From a virus, in IMG/VR virus record IMGVR_UViG_3300037088_000232: a DNA stretch of 64,000 nucleotides, one strand, 5' to 3'. This document shows, piece by piece, positions 9,283 to 18,715 of this stretch (position 1 is its first letter; each line of letters starts with the position of its first letter). Under the pieces are notes generated by a model. The model was not told where the DNA came from and made no database searches. It saw only the letters and a list, made by a program, of their open reading frames with translations. The position numbers and the translations under genes were made by a program.

Positions 9283-9740
9283 TCTCTTAGATCCTTTTCA
9301 TAATTTATATACTCAATTTTGTCAAAAGTTGTCTTATCCAATTTAGACCAACCTTGTTTTCCCCTGAATGGAAATGGTTTTATTTCTCTAACATCCTCAT
9401 AAACATGGCACCACAAATCAGGATTGTATAAAGCGAAACAATTATCTTCATCTGTTTTTTGCATTGGTCTACAATCAACTAATCTTCCAATGGCTATAGC
9501 CAATCCACAAAGATCATCTACACAACCAAGATCACAATGTAAAGTGTCAAATATTCTATACAATTGATACTGTCCACAAATATCATTTAATTCCTTTAAT
9601 GAATATGACTTCTTAGAAGCACATATCAATACTTCACCCCTGTATTTAGTTTTCCATACTCTGGTTTCAATTTTCCCACATAACATCAGACTAGCAAATG
9701 GTTGTTTCCAACTTAGTGCTAAAATATCATTTTCTGTCAT
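9267..9740 (-). CDS. ASCH-domain (PUA-like) protein
   Basis: LSWKQPFASLMLCGKIETRVW matches ASCH GxKxxExR core. Confidence 0.55.
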   Translation of the reverse strand: MTENDILALSWKQPFASLMLCGKIETRVWKTKYRGEVLICASKKSYSLKELNDICGQYQLYRIFDTLHCDLGCVDDLCGLAIAIGRLVDCRPMQKTDEDNCFALYNPDLWCHVYEDVREIKPFPFRGKQGWSKLDKTTFDKIEYINYEKDLREWLKK

Positions 9741-9745
9741 AAATA

Positions 9746-10291
9746 TTATAATTTTTTGAATAATTCTCGTTTATGTACCAGATGTTTCGGATATGGTGCA
9801 ACTTGACTGTGTTCATCATACCCCAATTTATTTTTCGATCCACCAGTTAATGGAAATTCAATCAAATAATCCTGTTCCCATATTTCACTTATTCGACCAT
9901 AATTGTTTGGAAAGGAGTTCTTCGGGGCAAATGACTGAAACATTAATAGACCACTATCCATTACCTGAACAGGATCTCCGATTTTTAATTCTTCTTTTAC
10001 TGATTTTTCTGGTTTAGTTTTTGTTTTAATATTTTTATCAGGAAGAATACCAAGATAGAAGTATTTATCATCTTTTTGTTTTACTGTTTCGTAATAGAAT
10101 ACTCCATCCCTTTCATCCCATGCTTCACCACATTGACCAATAATTTCATCATCATAATTAGGCGGACAGTATTCACACAATATATGTTCATAAATTTCAT
10201 AATCTATTTCGTCATTTTCGGATAAGAATTCACTCAAATTGAGTTCGGATTTTTCCCAATCTTGATATGTTTTTATATTTCTTTTTTTCAT
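9746..10291 (-). CDS. hypothetical protein
   Basis: 181-aa ORF. Confidence 0.4.
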   Translation of the reverse strand: MKKRNIKTYQDWEKSELNLSEFLSENDEIDYEIYEHILCEYCPPNYDDEIIGQCGEAWDERDGVFYYETVKQKDDKYFYLGILPDKNIKTKTKPEKSVKEELKIGDPVQVMDSGLLMFQSFAPKNSFPNNYGRISEIWEQDYLIEFPLTGGSKNKLGYDEHSQVAPYPKHLVHKRELFKKL

Positions 10292-10298
10292 AATTATT

Positions 10299-10829
10299 TC
10301 ATTTTAACTTATAATCATCATAACCTTCTTTTTCATAATCAAAAATTACATAATAACTACCAGTTCTATAAAAAATATCTACTTGATTACCCATCCTATA
10401 TTCTTCAAATGGTTCTACCCAACAATAACGAAATAAAGCATTTTTGAATGTGAAATCATAATGTGTGGGATGAATGATTCCTTTATATTGAAATCTGAAT
10501 TCTGGATAATTATTACTTTTCGGTTTACCAAAATCTCCATATTGATTTATCTGACATTCCTTAGCATATTTTTCAATTTCATCAAAATTATCATTAAAAA
10601 TTTTATCTTCTTCTAAATGTGGGTACATGAATGGAAGTCCATTTTTTGAATATTGATTTCTACTATTATCCAGATATTGATTTCTACTATTATCCAAAAA
10701 TTCATTTTTAAATAAAAGTAATTCTTGGGCTTTTCTAAATCCTCTTAGAAACCCATTGACTTCATATATATCAACACAGTCTGGATGACCAGCCATTCTT
10801 CTTATTTCATCATCATCATAAATTTTCAT
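10299..10829 (-). CDS. hypothetical protein carrying an in-frame perfect tandem duplication (LDNSRNQY x2)
   Basis: 176-aa ORF; 24-nt direct repeat at 10651-10696. Confidence 0.4.
   Translation of the reverse strand: MKIYDDDEIRRMAGHPDCVDIYEVNGFLRGFRKAQELLLFKNEFLDNSRNQYLDNSRNQYSKNGLPFMYPHLEEDKIFNDNFDEIEKYAKECQINQYGDFGKPKSNNYPEFRFQYKGIIHPTHYDFTFKNALFRYCWVEPFEEYRMGNQVDIFYRTGSYYVIFDYEKEGYDDYKLK
10651..10696. repeat. perfect 24-nt tandem duplication inside CDS
   Basis: tattgatttctactattatcca at 10651-10672, gat spacer, then repeated at 10675-10696. Confidence 0.8.
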
Positions 10830-10833
10830 AATT

Positions 10834-11418
10834 TTAATTCTTTAGAATTATATTTTTTATATCAATAAATGTTCCACCACCAAAAGCAACTTGAATTCCA
10901 GATTCACTTTTTAATTCCCAATTCATATAATATTCACCATCCAAACAAAATCTACCTATTTTTTCAAAATAATCAGGGGGGTCGAATGAATTATGATATG
11001 TAGTTTTATCCTCAACGGTCAATATAGTATTATCATTTTTTCTTAATACCGAATAAATTCTAAAATCTCCGATATTATTGGAAATTATATTATTAAATTC
11101 ATCAGTACCTTTACTAATCACTATTTTTTCGTTTGTATAGTTCTTTTTTTCTTTTACATTCCCGAAAAATCCTTTTTTGGTAGAAATCCATTCATGTTTT
11201 TTATTTGTATAAAAACTTAAAATTTCAAAGTTCGGATTGTTCTGACTATTTAAATAAGATACTTTCTTTTTTAATATTTGTTGAAAAATATCATACGGTT
11301 TTACCCTCTCTGGAACATAGTACGAATATTCCTTTAAAAATTCTACTAAAATTTCTGGTAAAGAATTATTTGTTAATAATTCATTTAATTCATCTAATTT
11401 TTTATTTTCCATCTTCAA
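10834..11418 (-). CDS. hypothetical protein
   Basis: 194-aa ORF. Confidence 0.4.
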   Translation of the reverse strand: MKMENKKLDELNELLTNNSLPEILVEFLKEYSYYVPERVKPYDIFQQILKKKVSYLNSQNNPNFEILSFYTNKKHEWISTKKGFFGNVKEKKNYTNEKIVISKGTDEFNNIISNNIGDFRIYSVLRKNDNTILTVEDKTTYHNSFDPPDYFEKIGRFCLDGEYYMNWELKSESGIQVAFGGGTFIDIKNIILKN

Positions 11419-11423
11419 TTATA

Positions 11424-11633
11424 TTAAAATTTTTCAAATATCAATTTAGCAGTAGGATAATAGTTAATTGTACCTTCCTCGTTATCCTCAGTAATAGAAT
11501 CCTGTTCTATTGATAGTTTAACTGTCTTATAACCATTAGAAAGAGCATCAAGAATTATAATCTGTAAATCTCGAATATCAATACTTTCTTGGTCAAAATC
11601 GATAATCCATTTATTATCTAATAATTCTCTCAT
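11424..11633 (-). CDS. hypothetical small protein
   Basis: 69-aa ORF tightly spaced between neighbours. Confidence 0.35.
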   Translation of the reverse strand: MRELLDNKWIIDFDQESIDIRDLQIIILDALSNGYKTVKLSIEQDSITEDNEEGTINYYPTAKLIFEKF

Positions 11634-11647
11634 ATTTCATATTTTAT

Positions 11648-12415
11648 TTAACAAGCGTAACAGTATGTACAATGATGCTTACAGGTTTTAAATGTTCCTA
11701 TATCTCCACTTTGGATACATCCACATTCAGTTCTTTGATTTTTATCCTTTGTACTCGTTATCCATCTTTGTTTTCCACATATTCGTTCAATTAATTCAGG
11801 ATCTACACATTTATTATGTTCTATACCATCCAAATTAATTGATTCGGCACAGGTGGCTAATTTCAATCCCCAATCTTTATTGAATTCTATTAATTGTTTA
11901 GAAATTCTAATTTTAACATCATCAGGAACTTCTTTGAATTTATTACCCAATTTTTTATAGGGATCAATATAACTAAATACAAGTTTTTCTGTATAATTAT
12001 GTATTTCATTCCCAATTTTTTCAATTCTTCTTAAAAGTTTTTCTTCTGTTATTTTATCAGAAATAATAATCGGGTCAAATCTCCATATTACACACTCCCT
12101 ACCTATTTTATCTGATAATTCCTTGAAAGTTTCAATTCTTTCTAATATCGGTGGGACTTCTAATTCATATTCTGGATATCCATTTAATGTAAATTGGAAA
12201 TAATATTTGAATGGTAAAGAATCCAGATATTTCATAAAAGGTCTTGGATTCTTCGACCAGAATACAGCCAATTTCACTTTTTCGAAAGATATGGTATATG
12301 TTGACCAAGGATTTACCATATTAACATACCCCTTTTTTATTTTCTCCATGAACCAATCGCCACGGAATGCGGGAATATCTTCTCTACGACTTACTGAAAT
12401 TATATGAGGCTCCAT
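11648..12415 (-). CDS. DUF1848-like protein with C-terminal Cys cluster (putative metal/Fe-S binding)
   Basis: N-term HIISVSRREDIPAF resembles DUF1848 start; C-term CGCIQSGD...CKHHCTYCYAC. Confidence 0.4.
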   Translation of the reverse strand: MEPHIISVSRREDIPAFRGDWFMEKIKKGYVNMVNPWSTYTISFEKVKLAVFWSKNPRPFMKYLDSLPFKYYFQFTLNGYPEYELEVPPILERIETFKELSDKIGRECVIWRFDPIIISDKITEEKLLRRIEKIGNEIHNYTEKLVFSYIDPYKKLGNKFKEVPDDVKIRISKQLIEFNKDWGLKLATCAESINLDGIEHNKCVDPELIERICGKQRWITSTKDKNQRTECGCIQSGDIGTFKTCKHHCTYCYAC

Positions 12416-12420
12416 ATTTT

Positions 12421-12606
12421 TTAAATAAAATGTTCACCACAAGCATACTGTTCAAATATGTGGGTTTTCCAAGGGTCTTTCGGTTTTTTACCATAGACTC
12501 TTTCTCTTGTTGTTTTACCACGACCACAAAGAACACATTCTGTCTCAGTGATTATATAATAGTATTTTTTAGATTTTTTCTTCATCTGATTTTGAATTTT
12601 TACCAA
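12421..12606 (-). CDS. small zinc-ribbon protein
   Basis: CVLCGRG...CGEH Cys pairs; 61 aa. Confidence 0.35.
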   Translation of the reverse strand: MVKIQNQMKKKSKKYYYIITETECVLCGRGKTTRERVYGKKPKDPWKTHIFEQYACGEHFI

Positions 12607-12714
12607 AAATCTTTTTGTGAATTCTGAATATATCGATTATACAATAAACGGCATAAATACCAATTATTACCATTATAGAAAAAATAAGTGTTTGCATTTT
12701 ATTTCATTTAATTT

Positions 12715-12930
12715 TTACCATTTCCATCTTTGACCTTCGAGAGATGGGTCACCCGCGTCAATGGCCATATCTCTTGTTATAATGACATATTTTTCTTCTT
12801 CCTGTTCTCTACAACACTCACCCTGAGTTAGAGTTGCATTGTCCAATTCCGATTCACTTATTTCACTACAATTATTCAATGGTACACCATGTTCATCGGT
12901 AGGTGTTCCACAATAACCACATCTATACAT
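12715..12930 (-). CDS. small Cys-rich protein
   Basis: CGYCG...C..GECC; 71 aa. Confidence 0.3.
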   Translation of the reverse strand: MYRCGYCGTPTDEHGVPLNNCSEISESELDNATLTQGECCREQEEEKYVIITRDMAIDAGDPSLEGQRWKW

Positions 12931-13372
12931 TTTTCAGAATATTTTCAACTTCTTTTATATCATAAGTTATTGGTAATTTTCCAACTTCTTGATGATTAAA
13001 ACGAATATCATCTAAAAAGTTTTCAACTGGTGAATCAACAAAAATCTGAATAAAAGAGGCTGGTTTTGTTTTTTCAAAAAAGGAATATTGTGCTATCTTA
13101 GTAACCTGTAACCATTCCTTAGGAACTTTTGGATGTTCCTTGAACCAGTTATTTATATAATCTTTCAGTTCTGACAAATCATTGATTTTCAAATAATCAA
13201 TATCTGGTTCTTTCCAAGTATCATAATCAGGTGGGAGTTCGCTGTTTGGTTTGAATCCTACTATATCACTTCCTATTGTTTTAGAACTTATATTCTTTAC
13301 TTTTGGAAGCAAGGATACATCTTCAACAACGATTTCTCCATTCTGACCAATATCTATACTTTTTTCAAACAT
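12923..13372 (-). CDS. hypothetical protein
   Basis: 149-aa ORF, overlapping stop/start with neighbours. Confidence 0.4.
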   Translation of the reverse strand: MFEKSIDIGQNGEIVVEDVSLLPKVKNISSKTIGSDIVGFKPNSELPPDYDTWKEPDIDYLKINDLSELKDYINNWFKEHPKVPKEWLQVTKIAQYSFFEKTKPASFIQIFVDSPVENFLDDIRFNHQEVGKLPITYDIKEVENILKNV

Positions 13373-13608
13373 TATTTTCCTTCGTAAGTTACTGTTACTA
13401 ATTTAAAACCCTCCAAAACTGTTAATGTTCCGTTTTTCTTATCATATTGAAACTTAATAAGTTCACTATTTTCATTTTCAACATTAAGAACTTTATTACA
13501 TTCTACTGCAATCTCAAATCCATTAGCAACTGTTTTGGTTTGACTTTTTTTAAATGTTTCTGAATATCTCATCTTATTTTTATTATTTTTTAAATTGATT
13601 TTCATCAA
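13372..13608 (-). CDS. hypothetical small protein
   Basis: 78-aa ORF. Confidence 0.35.
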   Translation of the reverse strand: MMKINLKNNKNKMRYSETFKKSQTKTVANGFEIAVECNKVLNVENENSELIKFQYDKKNGTLTVLEGFKLVTVTYEGK

Positions 13609-13700
13609 TTGGAAATAATGGATAAGTAAGTATTGTAAAAAATTTTACAACTCTTATTCCATGATCTAAATTATACCATATTCTATAATTATCTTTCATA

Positions 13701-14180
13701 TTATTCATTTTTAAAATTAAATGTTTTAAATTTTGTTTCCTCACGAAAATCTTTTTCCATTTCCAATACACAACATTGTACCCTACTTCCTTTAAATACA
13801 TTTCTTGGTAAATGTGTAATTGATCTTAAACCGAAATTCATTATATCTTTTGTTCTTTTTTCACTGTTTATTATTGTTAACCAAGGCATTAAAGCTATGA
13901 TTCTATTACTCATATTCATACAACGATATAATATTTTATAACCCATTTCCATTGGACTAAACGGTGGATTCATAATTATATAATCAAAGTATTCTGTTTC
14001 ATCTATATTCCAAAAATCATCTGGTGCTATAACTTCATTGAATGTTAATCTTCTAAGAGCATTTACTAAATTTCCTTCACCGGGAGTTGGTTCTAAAATT
14101 TTAAGATGATTTTTTAAATTATCTGATTTCATTAACGAAACCATATAATCACAAACTTCGGATGGTGTTTGAAAATCCAC
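13701..14180 (-). CDS. small N6-amino methyltransferase (NPPF class; DNA or RNA target unclear)
   Basis: Motif I ILEPTPGEGNLVNAL then motif IV IIMNPPFS; only 159 aa. Confidence 0.55.
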   Translation of the reverse strand: MDFQTPSEVCDYMVSLMKSDNLKNHLKILEPTPGEGNLVNALRRLTFNEVIAPDDFWNIDETEYFDYIIMNPPFSPMEMGYKILYRCMNMSNRIIALMPWLTIINSEKRTKDIMNFGLRSITHLPRNVFKGSRVQCCVLEMEKDFREETKFKTFNFKNE

Positions 14181-14212
14181 AATATATCTTTTTAGATATT
14201 ATATGAATAAAA

Positions 14213-14959
14213 TTACTTTAAGTTTTCTATTTCCTGAGAAATTTTCCAATATTCTACTTCACTATATTGTTTTCCCTCGAACCAAAATTGTTTTTCATCT
14301 TTATTTTCATAGGCTGGCCCCCCAATTCTGTGTCTTATGCCATTCTTAAAGTATTCATTGGCTCCATACATCCATTCGATTGCAGGTCCATCTAAACGGT
14401 GATATTTTCCGGCCTTGTTGAGGAAAAATTTACTTCCTTTATCAGTTTTTAACATCAAAGTGGAATTTTCTTTTACTATACCATTATCACCATCTATTTT
14501 ATCGGTGAGATATGTTTGACAAAATGAAATTCCTGAAAGTTTTTCTTTTAACCATTCACAAAGTTTTTTTTCATCTATTTTATTGATTTCCCCATCAAAA
14601 GATACGAATTTATTAGAAGTGGTGACATCACCTAATTCTTCTTCAATTCGTTTCCAAATATCCAATTCTTCTTCTGAAATTTTAATTTCAGGTTTTTCTT
14701 CTGATTTCGTATTCTCGACTACTGGAACATTACTTGGAACTTGATAAGCATCTTCTGGTTTTTCATAAACAGAGATGTTATCTGGTATATTAAATCCCTC
14801 AAAGGATCTTTCAACAATCGAAATTCCCGGCTTTAATTCTACTGGTTGCTGGGTAATGGCTGGTGGTGGAGTTTGTTCTGGTTGTACACCTATTACTTTC
14901 TCATATTCTTCTGGTTTGTCAATGACAGGAATATTATCTGGTATTTTGAATTCTTCCAT
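14213..14959 (-). CDS. Pro-rich N-terminus plus C-terminal MORN-variant/DGPA-type repeats
   Basis: HRLDGPAIEWMYGANEYFKNGIRHRIGGPAYEN repeat units. Confidence 0.35.
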   Translation of the reverse strand: MEEFKIPDNIPVIDKPEEYEKVIGVQPEQTPPPAITQQPVELKPGISIVERSFEGFNIPDNISVYEKPEDAYQVPSNVPVVENTKSEEKPEIKISEEELDIWKRIEEELGDVTTSNKFVSFDGEINKIDEKKLCEWLKEKLSGISFCQTYLTDKIDGDNGIVKENSTLMLKTDKGSKFFLNKAGKYHRLDGPAIEWMYGANEYFKNGIRHRIGGPAYENKDEKQFWFEGKQYSEVEYWKISQEIENLK

Positions 14960-14987
14960 TTAATTCAGTATTCTTTTTCCGTATATA

Positions 14988-15572
14988 TTAATTTTTAATC
15001 ACCGAATTTAGTTCGTTTATATAAATGGTTCTACCTAATACTTCTTTCTTTACAGTATCTTTTTCTTCAAAAAATTCATCATAATATTTACAATCGGGGG
15101 TTGTTCTTTCAATCAACATTTTTTTTAGTTTTTTATCTGAAATTGGAAACACAGCTCCCATACTCATAACATGAGAGATATCACTAATATCTTTATTCCA
15201 TTTAGATATAAAATTTGTATGATGAAAATAATTCAATTCTCTTTTGATTCCCTTATACATAAAATCCACCTCCCAGCATTTATTTTCATCTAATTGTTTT
15301 ATTATTTTACATGGATCATCTAAATAATAAATAGGAACTTTTTTATAATAATGAGAATAAACCTCTCTATGACGTGAGTTTTTATTGTTACCAGAGGTCA
15401 GAATTTCTAATATATCTTTCTTTTGACCTTCCCAAGTTCCATTTTTAGCAAAAGCTGAATCGAAATAATCAATAACAAATAATTTGGTTAATTCTGGAAC
15501 AAGTAACAAAGGATGTAGAATATCATCAGCCATTCCACAATATAAAACATTACACGGTCTAACTATTTTCAT
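14988..15572 (-). CDS. hypothetical protein
   Basis: 194-aa ORF. Confidence 0.4.
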   Translation of the reverse strand: MKIVRPCNVLYCGMADDILHPLLLVPELTKLFVIDYFDSAFAKNGTWEGQKKDILEILTSGNNKNSRHREVYSHYYKKVPIYYLDDPCKIIKQLDENKCWEVDFMYKGIKRELNYFHHTNFISKWNKDISDISHVMSMGAVFPISDKKLKKMLIERTTPDCKYYDEFFEEKDTVKKEVLGRTIYINELNSVIKN

Positions 15573-15901
15573 TTTTTACGGTATAAATCAATAAATTCAT
15601 CTATATCACCCTTAAAAACGGCTTTTTCTTTTTTACCATCTGTGGATACAATTTTAACTGCTGTTTTTCTGTTTTGATAAAACTGAACATATAAATATAG
15701 TATTTTACTATCATATAGAATTGATAGGAAAGCAAAATTATCATTAAATCTGATAGTTGCAGATTTTGGAGAAAATTCTTCTACTATAAAATCAATGATT
15801 CTGGTTGTATCAGATTCTAAATGAGATAAAAGTTCACTTTTTTTATATTGTTTTTGGAAAGAGGAAAGTAGTTCTTGTTTGATAAAATCATCAATTTTCA
15901 T
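15569..15901 (-). CDS. hypothetical protein
   Basis: 110-aa ORF, ATGA overlap with downstream gene. Confidence 0.4.
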   Translation of the reverse strand: MKIDDFIKQELLSSFQKQYKKSELLSHLESDTTRIIDFIVEEFSPKSATIRFNDNFAFLSILYDSKILYLYVQFYQNRKTAVKIVSTDGKKEKAVFKGDIDEFIDLYRKK

Positions 15902-15917
15902 AGTCCTTAGTTTATTT

Positions 15918-16493
15918 TTATATATTAGTATTTTTTATTGAAAATATTGGTTTCTCACCAGTATTATCTATTTTAATTTTCATTAATTTGGTATTGAGAT
16001 AATTCCAACATAACGGAGATGTTTCTTTCATGTTGGATATTTTCCCTTTTCCAAATGTCATTATTGCTGAGAATTTAATTCCTATATACTTTTCTGTTTT
16101 TAGAATATTTATAATTTGATCTATTTCATCATCTATAATAGATTTATATTCTTCAAACATATAGTCTTTCCATTGTGTTCGTTTATCATCAACAGTTGTT
16201 GTTATCGGATAAGCGTTATCCAACCCCCTGATAACAGCTTGAGTCATGGTTGGATATTTTAGTATTTTATTTTTACCATATTTGTTTTTATACCATCCAT
16301 CTTGGATTGGAATTTTTCCAGATGTTCTACCAGAGTTATCCGTAAACAAATAAATGTATTCTTTATCTTTCTCAACTAAATCTCTTGAAAAATTATTTAT
16401 CAATGGAACAATCTTTATATTGATTTTCATTCTAAATATTATATTTATTGAAAATATTTGGTCGGTATTGTTCCAAAATACTAACAACTTCAT
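15918..16493 (-). CDS. hypothetical protein
   Basis: 191-aa ORF. Confidence 0.4.
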   Translation of the reverse strand: MKLLVFWNNTDQIFSINIIFRMKINIKIVPLINNFSRDLVEKDKEYIYLFTDNSGRTSGKIPIQDGWYKNKYGKNKILKYPTMTQAVIRGLDNAYPITTTVDDKRTQWKDYMFEEYKSIIDDEIDQIINILKTEKYIGIKFSAIMTFGKGKISNMKETSPLCWNYLNTKLMKIKIDNTGEKPIFSIKNTNI

Positions 16494-16643
16494 TTATTTC
16501 CCATTCATTACATATTTCAATATTTAAAAAAACAAGTTCTACCTGTTCATCTGTTTGTTTATCATCCTTACATAATAATTTAAATTTCAATATATCTTCA
16601 TTCGAAGCGTTTTCCAATATATTCATAATATTTTTTTATTTTT

Positions 16644-16970
16644 TCAACAAGGAAATCCATTATGTAGATTTCCATCTTCATCTGTATAAAAAGATCCACA
16701 GACATGATGACAATTACTTTCACATACAATTTCACTTACTTCTGAATATTCTATGTCATTATTTTTAGCATATTCAATCGCTTCGGATTCATCTTCAAAT
16801 CCATTAGCGTTTGGACAACGGAATATTTCTCCCAATACTTTATAATTTGAAGATGGTTCAGAGTAATATCCAATAGGATATGGTTGACTTCCATTTACAT
16901 TTCTACCGGGTTTTCCTCTATAATATTCTTCCTCATAGATGAGGTCGGAGTTACAATATGGACATCTCAT
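16644..16970 (-). CDS. Cys-rich small protein (probable zinc binding)
   Basis: CPYCNS...CPNANG...CESNCHHVCG...C; 108 aa. Confidence 0.35.
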   Translation of the reverse strand: MRCPYCNSDLIYEEEYYRGKPGRNVNGSQPYPIGYYSEPSSNYKVLGEIFRCPNANGFEDESEAIEYAKNNDIEYSEVSEIVCESNCHHVCGSFYTDEDGNLHNGFPC

Positions 16971-17383
16971 AATTTCTTTTCTTTATTATTATACCAATTA
17001 ATAAATTCAACTATTGCTGAATATACTGATGTGATTTTATATTTTTCTTGTTTACATACTAAACCCACATAATGTTCAGCATCTACATCTTCTCCTATTT
17101 CACATTCATTGTTTATTATAGAAACTTCATAACCCATGTTTTCAATTTTTTCTATCACATTCATCAGTTTATTCCATTCACCATACCACAATTCCATATT
17201 TTCAATTTTATAGAATTCTTTCTTTGGTACATTCACATAGTAATCACCAATTTCTGTCAATCCTACATCAAACATCCAATAATCATGTTCTTTTTGCCAT
17301 TCTGTTTCATCATCGGTTCCAAAATAACCAACTGTCACTTTCTCGTAACCCATGAATTCAGCTATTAAATCATTGTTTTCCAT
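16967..17383 (-). CDS. hypothetical protein
   Basis: 138-aa ORF. Confidence 0.4.
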   Translation of the reverse strand: MENNDLIAEFMGYEKVTVGYFGTDDETEWQKEHDYWMFDVGLTEIGDYYVNVPKKEFYKIENMELWYGEWNKLMNVIEKIENMGYEVSIINNECEIGEDVDAEHYVGLVCKQEKYKITSVYSAIVEFINWYNNKEKKL

Positions 17384-17492
17384 TGTTATTATTTTCAGTT
17401 AAATTTTTATTGTTCCCTGAGATTCATTAAAATTTTTTCTCCAAAGGTTAATTTCCTCAGACATTGAATGAATGATATCATCTTTTTTCTTT

Positions 17493-18713
17493 TCATATCA
17501 TTGGATTATATATTTCTATCATTCTCGTTGTTGAATTAAATATCTCAAAATTCTCATTATTTTTCCAAATAGTTGAAATATTTTCACTTATAAAAAAATC
17601 TATTATTTCATTTGATGGTTTCTGGGAAAATACAATTATTTTTTTAGCATTTTCATATCCCTTTTTTAATAGTTGAAAATAATTATATGCTCTCAACTGA
17701 CCAAGACCCTTGATTGATTGTTCCATTTCATCAGATAAATCATTTGAAATCGTTTTCATTTCATAAAGAAGAACAATATCATTATTTACAGCTAATAAAT
17801 CAAAGGGATTTTGACGAAATTTAAATCCATATTTTTCGAGTAAGAAAGAAAGATCACGAAGATCTTTATGATGATGATCGGTTCTTTTTTCTCTGATTCT
17901 ATTAGATTCAGTTGGATCGATATAAAGAGATGGTAAATTTTTAAAAAATGGTGCTTTTGCTATTTCTTGGGCACTTACAAAATTTATTTTTATTTTCTCT
18001 TTTTTATAACTATCAGATGATATAATGCCATCTTCGGTAATTATAACATGGCCAGTTAGATATATCTTATTTTTTATTTTTTCTATATTACCCAATTGTT
18101 CAGCAATACTTGGTAATATTTTAACTGAATTGTCAGCTATTGATTCTGTTATATTAAGAAGTTGAATAATATAATCAATATCTTTGTTAACCAAATTTGA
18201 TATTCTCTCAAATTCATCGTCTGAGTCATTTTCAGCTTCCAAAGCCAACATTAATTTTTTTATTTCTATTCCCGAAAAAGTACTCACAAGTTTAAGTAAA
18301 ATTCTATATGGGTGACTAATTTCTCCATTTGTGGATTCGAGCCTTAATTGTGATAAAGCATTCTTCCATAATTCTTGATCATTCGGGAATTTTAATATTT
18401 CATTCCCCATCGTTGTTAATTTTGCTGTTTTGTCTGGATGAACAACAATAAATCCTAACAAATCCAAAAATCTTCTAATTTCCCTTGATACAGTAAGATA
18501 CCCCCTATTTTGAATCAATTTTTGATTTTCCTTTTGTAAAAATTCATCTGTTGAAAGAGAAGTTTCTCTATATGTATAAATACCTTTTCTCGTTAACTGT
18601 TCTCCAAACTTTTCGTCTGTTAAAGGATCTCCATTATCTATTAATTGTTTAGCTATTTCTAATGATTTTGTTAATTTTTTTAAATCACTGAATTGATGTG
18701 GAAAATTTTTCAT
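17493..18713 (-). CDS. PD-(D/E)xK nuclease-like protein (restriction-endonuclease-like C-terminal domain)
   Basis: C-terminal PFDLLAV ... DIVLLYEMKT (D...E-x-K); 406 aa. Confidence 0.4.
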   Translation of the reverse strand: MKNFPHQFSDLKKLTKSLEIAKQLIDNGDPLTDEKFGEQLTRKGIYTYRETSLSTDEFLQKENQKLIQNRGYLTVSREIRRFLDLLGFIVVHPDKTAKLTTMGNEILKFPNDQELWKNALSQLRLESTNGEISHPYRILLKLVSTFSGIEIKKLMLALEAENDSDDEFERISNLVNKDIDYIIQLLNITESIADNSVKILPSIAEQLGNIEKIKNKIYLTGHVIITEDGIISSDSYKKEKIKINFVSAQEIAKAPFFKNLPSLYIDPTESNRIREKRTDHHHKDLRDLSFLLEKYGFKFRQNPFDLLAVNNDIVLLYEMKTISNDLSDEMEQSIKGLGQLRAYNYFQLLKKGYENAKKIIVFSQKPSNEIIDFFISENISTIWKNNENFEIFNSTTRMIEIYNPMI

Positions 18714-18715
18714 TC

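Noticed and set aside
13583-13801. 72-aa minus-strand ORF
   Set aside because: Overlaps the C-terminal 100 nt of the NPPF methyltransferase gene in another frame; probably spurious or starts at an internal Met.
15918-16493. GIY-YIG, macro or NADAR domain
   Set aside because: YIYLFTDNSGRTSGKIP does not match the GIY...YIG spacing or macro/NADAR signatures; left as hypothetical.
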